From the NCBI GenBank assembly GCA_002441285.1, contig DJVR01000028.1, positions 2,910-66,909 of the forward strand: a DNA stretch of 64,000 nucleotides, read 5' to 3'. Under the pieces are notes generated by a model, which did no database searches, had not been told where the DNA came from, and saw only the letters and a program-made list of their open reading frames with translations. Positions 35,601 to 41,963 of the stretch are shown here, one piece after another. Each line of letters begins with the position of its first letter. The stretch's first letter is position 1. The translations under genes were made by a program, and so were the position numbers. This DNA is from Candidatus Atribacteria bacterium UBA6251 (GTDB lineage Bacteria; Atribacterota; Phoenicimicrobiia; Phoenicimicrobiales; Phoenicimicrobiaceae).

Positions 35601-35756
35601 CAAGAGGGGAATATAGACATTGCCGAAACTCTGTCTAATTTAAAGGGAAAATATATCAAGCGAATTACTCCCGACGAAGTAGAATTTGAAGACGGCGAAA
35701 AAATCAATCTCAAAGATTTAGATTATAAAGTAATTAAACCCTTAATTTGGTGGTAA
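32634..35756 (+). CDS. mod: Type III R-M DNA methyltransferase (Mod; beta-class N6A/N4C MTase) carrying multiple in-frame insertions, including a DUF559 endonuclease domain
   Basis: Catalytic motif IV IYIDPPFNTGDDF comes before AdoMet motif I DFFLGSGTTTAVAHKLGRKWIGIE, the beta-class order typical of type III Mod. It lies 4 nt upstream of a Res-type helicase-nuclease gene. ATG 32634 (MTKEQKFYKAL) is more plausible than the listed TTG 32592. The insertions are listed as separate features. Confidence 0.85.
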   Translation: MTKEQKFYKALQDVFIGAKIEGKGGFVNLMRIKSNYYRKIEDILKNDIETALESYPKFRDELFDKLYSFFSRYFTKSGSIYFNSTPFHNNIYEKVYTDDKDVILFWKTQMLYYVKTDRIFRSLPVEFPSDRGVGAEGGRGVLKFYFDASKIESKKANEKRSLVFELNKVLEDETIVFGVQYSERGTKTKQDEILKAIKRKGIAITEEQLERAFRVFEKQSEVDFFINKNAKAFLQEQFKLWSYQYFWEGAREWGADRVNQLQILKDIAFKIIDFISQFEDELVKIWNKPKFVKNSNYVITLGRILSARHSERSEESLKLIEKILKHKNITEQIKEWQELGIVDNEFKVENVFENSPSMKGCQPKVDGVVKWNELPFNAELKERAKELRKAGNLSEVLLWNQVKNRQLLGLDFDRQKIIGNYIVDFYCKNLGVVVEIDGVSHDGKVEYDLERDAYLRGLGLKVIHISDLDVKKNLEGVIEFLKDELNTPSANADTPLQEGNKHPVPLGHPSIRGEFKHLPIDTKFFKDLELEILSLFDDLDNSLDGWLIKSENYQALNTILPKFKEKVQTIYIDPPFNTGDDFPYIDKFQNSTWLTLMENRLKLGKDFLCYNGSISLHLDSNADYFGKILLDETFGQECFRVKITWKRHTGPKIQSLHFPNISDFILIYSKINDNWVYNPQYLPYKEEYLKKMYKYEDEKGKYRIHDLYAPGEGTERIFKGKTIKPPKGHHWSYTQEKIDEMIKEGTIFFDNRGFPKLKVYLGKGEQVTNIWTDINVIQGSSIEFLNFATQKPEKFLSRVIQSTSNVGDLVMDFFLGSGTTTAVAHKLGRKWIGIEMGEHFYTVVLPRMKKVLAYDKSGISKELKTPRPSDTPLPEGNSPSMKGWQPQVDGVVYQGGGFFKYYELEQYEEALANCKYEDGDLFNSPLIKGWTAEGRTGYWSGRSPYQEYVFMKDEKMLKTLEIDYEKEKVRVDLSRLYLNTPSANADTPLQEGNIDIAETLSNLKGKYIKRITPDEVEFEDGEKINLKDLDYKVIKPLIWW
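33010..33054 (+). repeat. GC-rich double-hairpin element, copy 1 (forward), in frame in mod
   Basis: AATTCCCCTCT GAT AGAGGGG TGGG CGCC GAA GGCG GACGGGGTG, translated as EFPSDRGVGAEGGRGV. Confidence 0.8.
33542..33580 (+). repeat. Second type of small palindromic insert (HSERSEES-encoding) in mod
   Basis: GATTCTT (33542-48) pairs with AAGAATC (33574-80). Between them lies GTCATTCTGAGCGAAGCGAAGAATC, which has internal ATTCT/AGAAT and GC-GAA-GC pairings. Translated as SARHSERSEESL. It is GC-rich relative to its surroundings. Confidence 0.45.
33693..33738 (+). repeat. GC-rich double-hairpin element, copy 2 (forward); left boundary of the DUF559 cassette
   Basis: AATTCCCCTTC TAT GAAGGGG T GTCAACC GAA GGTTGAC GGGGTAG, translated as NSPSMKGCQPKVDGVV. 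Confidence 0.85.
34090..34134 (-). repeat. GC-rich double-hairpin element, copy 3 (inverted); right boundary of the DUF559 cassette
   Basis: ACACCCCGTCTGC TAAC GCAGACACCCCTCT ACA AGAGGGGAATA, translated as NTPSANADTPLQEGN. 34087-34134 is identical to 35566-35613 (48/48). Confidence 0.85.
34136..34177 (-). repeat. GC-rich double-hairpin element, copy 4 (inverted), tandem to copy 3
   Basis: ACACCCCGTCCC TTT GGGACACCCCTCT ATA AGAGGGGAATT, translated as KHPVPLGHPSIRGEF. The reading register differs from copy 3. Confidence 0.8.
35226..35265 (-). repeat. GC-rich double-hairpin element, copy 5 (inverted)
   Basis: ACGCCCCGTCC TTC GGACACCCCTCT ACC AGAGGGGAATT, translated as TPRPSDTPLPEGN (a third register). 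It shares its AATT end with copy 6. Confidence 0.8.
35262..35307 (+). repeat. GC-rich double-hairpin element, copy 6 (forward), abutting copy 5
   Basis: AATTCCCCTTC TAT GAAGGGG TGG CAACC GCA GGTTG ACGGGGTAG, translated as NSPSMKGWQPQVDGVV. The junction with copy 5 forms the 12-bp palindrome GGGGAATTCCCC (35258-35269). Confidence 0.85.
35400..35446 (+). repeat. GC-rich double-hairpin element, copy 7 (forward)
   Basis: AATTCCCCTTT AAT AAAGGGG TGGA CTGC TGAAG GCAG GACGGGGTA, translated as NSPLIKGWTAEGRTGY. Confidence 0.8.
35569..35613 (-). repeat. GC-rich double-hairpin element, copy 8 (inverted), exact duplicate of copy 3
   Basis: ACACCCCGTCTGCTAACGCAGACACCCCTCTACAAGAGGGGAATA, translated as NTPSANADTPLQEGN. 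Confidence 0.85.
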
Positions 35757-35760
35757 TAAT

Positions 35761-38736
35761 ATGGCAAAATTGTATCTTCAAGATATAGTAAATGACATTC
35801 CTTTTGAAAACTTGCCGGCAAAGTGGCAAGGGTTTGATTTTGCGCGGTTTTCAAAAGACAAAACGCTTTTTGATTTTCAAAAACAGGGACTTCAAAACGC
35901 GCTGAAAGGTCTATGGTTTTATTTCAAAGACAAGAACGGAGAAAAGCAAAGTTTGTACAATCACTATTTGGCAAACGACTTTACAGAAAAGTTTGATTAC
36001 GATTTAAAGAAAAAGGCGGAAGGGAAAACAGCAAAATATTTATTGGAATATGATAAAGATTATCCAGTGAAAGGCAATAAGATTTCATTTGCTCACTTTA
36101 TCAATAGAATGAGTTTTTGGATGGCGACCGGTTCAGGAAAAACTCTGATTATAGTTAAGTTGATTGAGCTTTTAGGCAAACTTATTGCCGAAAAAGAATT
36201 GCCGATAGGGGACATTCTTTATTTAGCACACCGCGACGACCTTTTGGACCAGTTTAAAAATCATGTTGAAGAATTTAACAGCTTTCATTTTGACACAAAA
36301 ATTAACCTTAAAAATTTGAGAGATTATGAAAGTGTGAAGCGCGAAAACGCCCTGCCTTTTGCCAAAAACGAAATTACTGTTTTTTATTATCGTTCTGACT
36401 TAATTTCCGATATTCAAAAAGAAAAGATTGTGAATTTCAGAAATTATGACGACAGCGGCAAGTGGTATATTCTTTTGGACGAAGCCCACAAAGGCGACAA
36501 GGAAGACAGTAAACGTCAGATTTTATACTCCATACTTTCAAGGAACGGATTTTTGTTTAATTTTTCCGCTACCTTTACCGATCCAAGGGACTTTGCAACC
36601 TGTGCTTTTAATTTCAATCTTTCAAGGTTTGTTGAAGAAGGATACGGCAAACATATTTATGTGTCTTCTGCCGAGATTAGCGCTTTTCGCGGACGAGGCG
36701 ATTTTTCGCCGATAGAAAAGCAAAAAATCGTTTTGAAAACGCTTTTGCTTTTAACCTATATTAGTAAACACCTTGAAAATATTAGGAGCGTAAATGATAC
36801 CCTATATCACCGTCCATTACTTTTAACTTTAGTTAATACAGTTTATGGCAAGAAAAAAGACGAGGGGGAAATAGAGAAAGAAGCTGATTTGAAATTGTTT
36901 TTCAATGAATTAGAAAAGATTGCCAAGAATGAAATTAGAGCGGATTTGCTCGAAAAAGCAAAACAGGAACTTATCCAAGAGTTTCGCGATGATGCAAAAT
37001 TTGAATTTGAGGAGTTAGAGTGCGCTGTCAACGCAGATTTGGTTTCAAAACTAGATTACAAAGATATTCTGAAATATATTTTGAACGCCGAAACTCCGGG
37101 CAAGATTGAGGTTTTAAAAATTCCCGGCAATAGGCAGGAATTGATTTTTAGGTTGATGACTGCTGAAAAGCCGTTTGCCTTAATCAAAATCGGCGATATT
37201 TCCGGCTGGCTAAAAGATAAACTTGAGGGATATGAAATAAACGAAAGTTTTGAAAATGAAAGTTATTTCCGGCGAATAAGTCGCGATGATTCTGACATAA
37301 ATGTTTTAATGGGTTCGCGCTCTTTTTACGAGGGCTGGGATTCTAACAGGCCAAATCTTATTTTGTTTGTGAATATTGGAGTTGGAAGCGATGCTAAAAA
37401 ATTTGTTCTGCAATCAGTCGGAAGGGGCGTAAGAATAGAGCCACAGAAATATTTAAGAAAGCGTCTTCAAAATTTGTTTAATGCAAAGAAAGTAAAAGAG
37501 CAATTATTTGAGAAAGTTAAGAACCTAATCTTGCCGATTGAGAGCTTGTTTGTTTTTGGGACTAACGCCGAAAACTTGAGAGAAATAATCGCAACACTAA
37601 AAGCGGAAAAGCAAGATAGAAATTTAGGTGAAGCGTTTATTTTAAATCCTGAAGCGCAAAAACATCTTCTTTTGGTGCCGGTTTACAAAAACTCTGAAAG
37701 GATTTTTGCCGAAGAAAAAGACCCGCAGAAATATTCTATCAGTCGCAAAGATTTTGATATAACATCTCAATTTTATGGATTTTTAGGCGATAAAATCGCT
37801 TTAGCCAAATATGATTGCGAAGTGAAGGTTTTAAAGAAAGCAAAAGAAAGTTTTGAAGAAAAAGAACGATACTATGATTTTAGCGAAAGAAATTCGCTTT
37901 TTGAGCCGGAGTTAACCCTTGGCCAGATTTTTGATTATCTCGGAGTTAAAAGCAAGGAGTTTGAAACGTTTAAAGAGTTGGAAAATGAAATTGTGCATTT
38001 CAAAAAGGTTAGATTCAGTGATGGTGGAAAATACCAAAAGATGTTAGAAGCGATTGATAAAGTTAAAAATTATCCACAAAAAAAAATCAAAGAAAAAGAG
38101 GTAGATGAAGAGTTTGATAGAACAAGGAATAAAGAAAAGTATAAACAAGAATTAAAGCAACTTGAGTTAAATTTTCAACGAGAAGTAAGGTATGACAAAT
38201 TAAAAATTAAGTATTTAGCCAACCATTACTATCTTCCGGTTATAGTTTCAGAAACTGAAAAAATTGACTACCTGAACCATATTATTAATGTTGATAGTGA
38301 GGTAAAATTTATTGAAGAATTGGGGGAAAATATTGATAAATTAAAAAATATTTTTGATTGGTGGATGTTTTCAAAACTTGACCAAACACTGGATGAAGTA
38401 TCAATACCTTATTACAATCCGAAAGAAAATAGTATCTCTAATTTCAAACCCGACTTCATTTTTTGGGCACAAAAAGGAAACCGATACTTTATTTTATTTG
38501 TTGACCCTAAGGGAACCGAACATGCAGACGGTTATAGAAAGATTGACGGCTATTCAAGAATATTTGAAATTGAAAAAGATGGACAAAAACAAAGCAAAGA
38601 TTTTTTATACTCTGAATTTACCATAAATGTGAAGCTATTGCTGAAACCAAGGCGAGGAAAAGCTGGAGTTTTGAATAATTACAAAGGATACTGGTTTGAC
38701 AATTTCGAGGATTTTAATAATAAAATAAAAATATAG
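35761..38736 (+). CDS. res: Type III restriction enzyme Res subunit (SF2 helicase-like ATPase with C-terminal PD-(D/E)xK nuclease)
   Basis: 991 aa. Motif I WMATGSGKT, motif II ILLDEAHKG, motif III FNFSATF, motif VI QSVGRGVRI. C-terminal nuclease-like FKPDFIFW...FILFVDPKG. Starts 4 nt after the mod stop. Confidence 0.8.
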   Translation: MAKLYLQDIVNDIPFENLPAKWQGFDFARFSKDKTLFDFQKQGLQNALKGLWFYFKDKNGEKQSLYNHYLANDFTEKFDYDLKKKAEGKTAKYLLEYDKDYPVKGNKISFAHFINRMSFWMATGSGKTLIIVKLIELLGKLIAEKELPIGDILYLAHRDDLLDQFKNHVEEFNSFHFDTKINLKNLRDYESVKRENALPFAKNEITVFYYRSDLISDIQKEKIVNFRNYDDSGKWYILLDEAHKGDKEDSKRQILYSILSRNGFLFNFSATFTDPRDFATCAFNFNLSRFVEEGYGKHIYVSSAEISAFRGRGDFSPIEKQKIVLKTLLLLTYISKHLENIRSVNDTLYHRPLLLTLVNTVYGKKKDEGEIEKEADLKLFFNELEKIAKNEIRADLLEKAKQELIQEFRDDAKFEFEELECAVNADLVSKLDYKDILKYILNAETPGKIEVLKIPGNRQELIFRLMTAEKPFALIKIGDISGWLKDKLEGYEINESFENESYFRRISRDDSDINVLMGSRSFYEGWDSNRPNLILFVNIGVGSDAKKFVLQSVGRGVRIEPQKYLRKRLQNLFNAKKVKEQLFEKVKNLILPIESLFVFGTNAENLREIIATLKAEKQDRNLGEAFILNPEAQKHLLLVPVYKNSERIFAEEKDPQKYSISRKDFDITSQFYGFLGDKIALAKYDCEVKVLKKAKESFEEKERYYDFSERNSLFEPELTLGQIFDYLGVKSKEFETFKELENEIVHFKKVRFSDGGKYQKMLEAIDKVKNYPQKKIKEKEVDEEFDRTRNKEKYKQELKQLELNFQREVRYDKLKIKYLANHYYLPVIVSETEKIDYLNHIINVDSEVKFIEELGENIDKLKNIFDWWMFSKLDQTLDEVSIPYYNPKENSISNFKPDFIFWAQKGNRYFILFVDPKGTEHADGYRKIDGYSRIFEIEKDGQKQSKDFLYSEFTINVKLLLKPRRGKAGVLNNYKGYWFDNFEDFNNKIKI

Positions 38737-38923
38737 TCTATTAAAAATTAATTAAGAAATAGAGGATAATTAATTTAATTTTAAAGTAAATATAAAAGGC
38801 GAGTAAAGATTAAAATCGCACTAAATTTTCTATTTAACCATAGAAATCTTCTGGTACAGCACTATTATTAAGAGAGATAACTGCACTTTTATTTATTTTT
38901 TAAGTAAAGTTAGGGATAGAGAA

Positions 38924-38936
38924 TAGGTATCTGCCC
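38924..38936 (-). repeat. Right arm of the island-bracketing inverted repeat
   Basis: TAGGTATCTGCCC, the exact reverse complement of 32201-32213. Confidence 0.8.
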
Positions 38937-38960
38937 CTATTTACAAGGAGGGTAAAGCTG

Positions 38961-40793
38961 GTGGATAAATTGAATTTAAAGAAATTACAGGATTTGAAGA
39001 ATCGATATGTAGAAAAATTGGTGAAAGAAGCTATTAGCCTTTGTAAGCCAGAAAAGGTTTCCGTTATTACTGATGATGAAGAAGATATTGATTATGTAAG
39101 AGAATTTGCTTTGAAAAGCAAAGAAGAGATGAAATTAAAGATGAGTGGTCATACTATTCATTTTGATGGCTATTATGATCAAGGCAGAGATAAAAAAAAT
39201 ACCAAATATCTTTTATCGGAAAAGGTTGATTGGGGGATAAATATCAACTGGGTTAAAAAAGACGAAGGATTAAAAGAAATATATTCTTATCTAGATGGTA
39301 GTATGAAAGGAAAAGAAATGCTGGTAAGATTTTTTTCTCTTGGTCCTAATAATTCTATATTTTCTTTAAAAGCTCTCCAGATAACCGATTCGCCCTATGT
39401 TGCCCATAGTGAAGATCTACTTTATCGTCCTGGTTATGAGGAATTTAAAAGGCTTAAGAACTCTCCTGATTTTTTCTTTTTTCTTCACTCTGCAGGAAGA
39501 TTAGAGAACAGGGTAAGTGCAGATATAGAAAAACGCAGAGTATATATTGATCTGGAAGAAAATAAGGTTTATTCAGTAAATACTCAATATGCAGGTAACT
39601 CCTTAGGATTAAAGAAGTTAGCTTACAGATTGGCTATTAAGAAGGCTAATGAAGAAGGATGGTTAGCTGAACATATGTTCATAATGGGGGTTCATGGCCC
39701 GGGTGGTAGAATTACTTACTTTACTGGTGCTTTCCCCAGTGCTTGTGGAAAAACCAGTACTGCCATGATTTCTGGTCAGAGCATTGTAGGAGATGATATC
39801 GCTTATCTAAAAAAGATAAATGGAGAAATAAGGGCAGCTAATGTAGAAAATGGAATCTTTGGTATTATCCAGGATGTTAATCCTGATGATGACCCTTTAA
39901 TCTACCGGGCACTTACTACTCCTCGAGAACTTATCTTTTCTAATGTTTTGGTAAAAGATGGAATTCCTTACTGGCAGGGAATGGGAAGAGATATACCAGA
40001 TGAAGGTATTAATCATTCTGGAGAATGGTATAGAGGTAAAAAAGATAAAGAAGGAAAACTGATTGAATGTTCACATAAAAATGCTAGATATACTATTAGG
40101 TTGAATGCTTTAGAAAACTTTGATAGCAAGGCAAATGATCCCGCAGGAGTACCTATTAAGGCAATAATCTACGGTGGTAGGGATTCAGATACCTCTATGC
40201 CGATTGTTGAATCTCTTAGCTGGTCGCATGGAGTCTTTCTGGGAGCTACAGTGGAATCAGAAACTACCGCTGCCACCATTGGGGTTCAGGGATTAAGAGA
40301 ACATAATCCTATGGCTAATTTAGATTTTATTTCTATTCCTTTCAGTCAATATATAGAAAATCACTTACGATTTGCTGATGATGTAAAAGAAGTTCCTAAA
40401 ATTTATACTACTAATTACTTTTTAAAAGATGAACAGGGTAATTATCTAAATAGTAAATTAGATAAGAAGGTATGGATACTGTGGGCAGAAGGAAGAGTAA
40501 ACCATGAATTTGAAGCCATTGAAACTCCAGTAGGTAGAATACCTCACTATCAAGATTTAAAAGATTTATTTAAGAGTGCATTAGATAAAGAATATACTAA
40601 AACTGAATATATACAACAATTTTCTTTACGGTTAAGTAAATATTTAGAAAAGATGGAGAGAATAAAAAAAATCTTTACCCTAATTAAAATGCCAGCAGAA
40701 TTTACTAAAGAATTTCAGTTACAAATAGATAAGCTTAAGACTGCTAAGGAAAGATTTAGAGCAGAGATAATTTCTCCTTTTAAGCTTATCTAA
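38961..40793 (+). CDS. pckG: Phosphoenolpyruvate carboxykinase (GTP)
   Basis: 610 aa. Kinase-1a motif GAFPSACGKTS, plus ...NARYT... and YGGRDSDT regions, characteristic of GTP-dependent PEPCK. GTG start after AAGGAGGG. Confidence 0.9.
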   Translation: MDKLNLKKLQDLKNRYVEKLVKEAISLCKPEKVSVITDDEEDIDYVREFALKSKEEMKLKMSGHTIHFDGYYDQGRDKKNTKYLLSEKVDWGININWVKKDEGLKEIYSYLDGSMKGKEMLVRFFSLGPNNSIFSLKALQITDSPYVAHSEDLLYRPGYEEFKRLKNSPDFFFFLHSAGRLENRVSADIEKRRVYIDLEENKVYSVNTQYAGNSLGLKKLAYRLAIKKANEEGWLAEHMFIMGVHGPGGRITYFTGAFPSACGKTSTAMISGQSIVGDDIAYLKKINGEIRAANVENGIFGIIQDVNPDDDPLIYRALTTPRELIFSNVLVKDGIPYWQGMGRDIPDEGINHSGEWYRGKKDKEGKLIECSHKNARYTIRLNALENFDSKANDPAGVPIKAIIYGGRDSDTSMPIVESLSWSHGVFLGATVESETTAATIGVQGLREHNPMANLDFISIPFSQYIENHLRFADDVKEVPKIYTTNYFLKDEQGNYLNSKLDKKVWILWAEGRVNHEFEAIETPVGRIPHYQDLKDLFKSALDKEYTKTEYIQQFSLRLSKYLEKMERIKKIFTLIKMPAEFTKEFQLQIDKLKTAKERFRAEIISPFKLI

Positions 40794-40915
40794 TTTAAAT
40801 TAAAAGAAAAGGGAATAATTTTAGTTTATAAAAATTTCTTTAACAATAAAAAAATTTTATTAAGAGATTTATTATTTTTTTTGGTTGTGTTATAATAAAA
40901 AATATTGTTAAAACG

Positions 40916-40940
40916 AGACAATGTCTTAATATATAAGACA
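40916..40940 (+). promoter_or_regulatory. Candidate operator: overlapping AGACA/TGTCT inverted repeats upstream of the IclR-family gene
   Basis: AGACA-A-TGTCT (40916-40926) overlaps TGTCTTA-ATATA-TAAGACA (40922-40940). Both lie between an extended -10-like TGTTATAAT (40888-40896) and the ATG at 40965. Confidence 0.35.
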
Positions 40941-40964
40941 GTTATTTTAAATGAGTACCAGGGA

Positions 40965-41753
40965 ATGAGTAAAAAACGTTCAGAATATTACTTAAAATCT
41001 TTAAATAAAGCCATGCAAATCTTAAATGCTCTGGCTCAGGAAAACGTTGAATTAGGGGTTACCGAACTAAGTAAAAAAGTTGGCTGGCATAAAAGTACCG
41101 TTCATCGTATTTTAGTAACCTTGGAAGATGAAAGATTGGTAGCGCAAGATAAGGTTACTCAGAAATATCGGTTGGGGATAAAACTTTTTGAATTAGGCAG
41201 TCTGGTTCAAGAACAGGTAGAAATAAGAAAACTTGCCCTCCCTGCAATGAAAAGACTTGCTCAGGAGACAGAAGAAAGCATCGATCTAAATATTATCTCA
41301 TCTGGTAAAAGAGTAAGTATAGAAAAGATTGAAAGCACTCATGATATTCGGCGAATTATTCAATTGGGGGAGAGATTACCTCTTTATTGTGGCGGTTCGG
41401 GTAAAGCATTATTAGCATTTTTACCTGAGGAAGAAATTGATAAAATTCTTCAACAAGAAAGACTTATCCCTTTTACTTCGCATACTATTACTGATCCTTT
41501 TAAATTAAAGGAGCATTTAAAAGAGATAAAAAAATTAGGTTATGCCACGAGTTTTGAAGAAAGAATACCTGGTTCAGCATCTGTAGCAGCACCAATTTTT
41601 AATTTCAAAGGAAAAGTAGTGGCTTCTTTAAGCATCTCTGGGCCTATTAGTCGTTTTACTCATGAAAAACTTCCCAAGCTGATAGCTCTGGTAAAAGATA
41701 CTACTCGAGATATTTCTTTTTCTCTGGGTGGTCAGGAAAATTTATCAGGTTAA
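40965..41753 (+). CDS. IclR family transcriptional regulator
   Basis: N-terminal wHTH (SLNKAMQILNALAQENVELGVTELSKKVGWHKSTVHRILVTLEDERLV) and a C-terminal IclR effector domain (GYATSFEERIPGSASVAAPIFN). I prefer ATG 40965 over the listed TTG 40905. Confidence 0.85.
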   Translation: MSKKRSEYYLKSLNKAMQILNALAQENVELGVTELSKKVGWHKSTVHRILVTLEDERLVAQDKVTQKYRLGIKLFELGSLVQEQVEIRKLALPAMKRLAQETEESIDLNIISSGKRVSIEKIESTHDIRRIIQLGERLPLYCGGSGKALLAFLPEEEIDKILQQERLIPFTSHTITDPFKLKEHLKEIKKLGYATSFEERIPGSASVAAPIFNFKGKVVASLSISGPISRFTHEKLPKLIALVKDTTRDISFSLGGQENLSG

Positions 41754-41783
41754 ATTTTTTTAAAGGAATAGAAAGGAACAAAA

Positions 41784-41945
41784 ATGAATCAAAAAGAGGA
41801 AAAAGGCAAGGGCTTGACCGAGCTCTCTATATCTAAGCTTTCTCAAGAAGATATATTTTTAATCGATCAAATGGATAAACCCTTTTTAATTGTTTATCTA
41901 TTTATTTTCATTATAGGAATTATTCTTACCATTCTGGGCATATAA
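41784..41945 (+). CDS. Small hypothetical membrane protein preceding the SSS transporter
   Basis: A 53-codon ORF not in the track: MNQKEEKGKGLTELSISKLSQEDIFLIDQMDKPFLIVYLFIFIIGIILTILGI. It has one C-terminal TM segment and ends 18 nt before the transporter start. No family recognised. Confidence 0.35.
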   Translation: MNQKEEKGKGLTELSISKLSQEDIFLIDQMDKPFLIVYLFIFIIGIILTILGI

Positions 41946-41963
41946 GAGAGGAGAATTGAGAAG

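Larger units (their letters stand above)
32201..38936 (+). mobile_element. Horizontally acquired type III restriction-modification island bracketed by a 13-bp perfect inverted repeat
   Basis: GGGCAGATACCTA (32201-32213) begins 1 nt after the ABC ATPase stop. Its exact reverse complement TAGGTATCTGCCC (38924-38936) lies 24 nt before the pck start. Between them are only mod, res and AT-rich non-coding arms. The mod/res codon choice is visibly richer in GCG/CGC/GGC than the flanking genes. I see no integrase or transposase. Confidence 0.55.

Noticed and set aside
33010-35613. Whether the repeated ~45-bp GC-rich elements form a CRISPR array.
   Set aside because: The copies occur in both orientations and at irregular spacing (0 to ~1000 bp). 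They lie inside one continuous ORF, and there are no cas genes. This is not CRISPR architecture.
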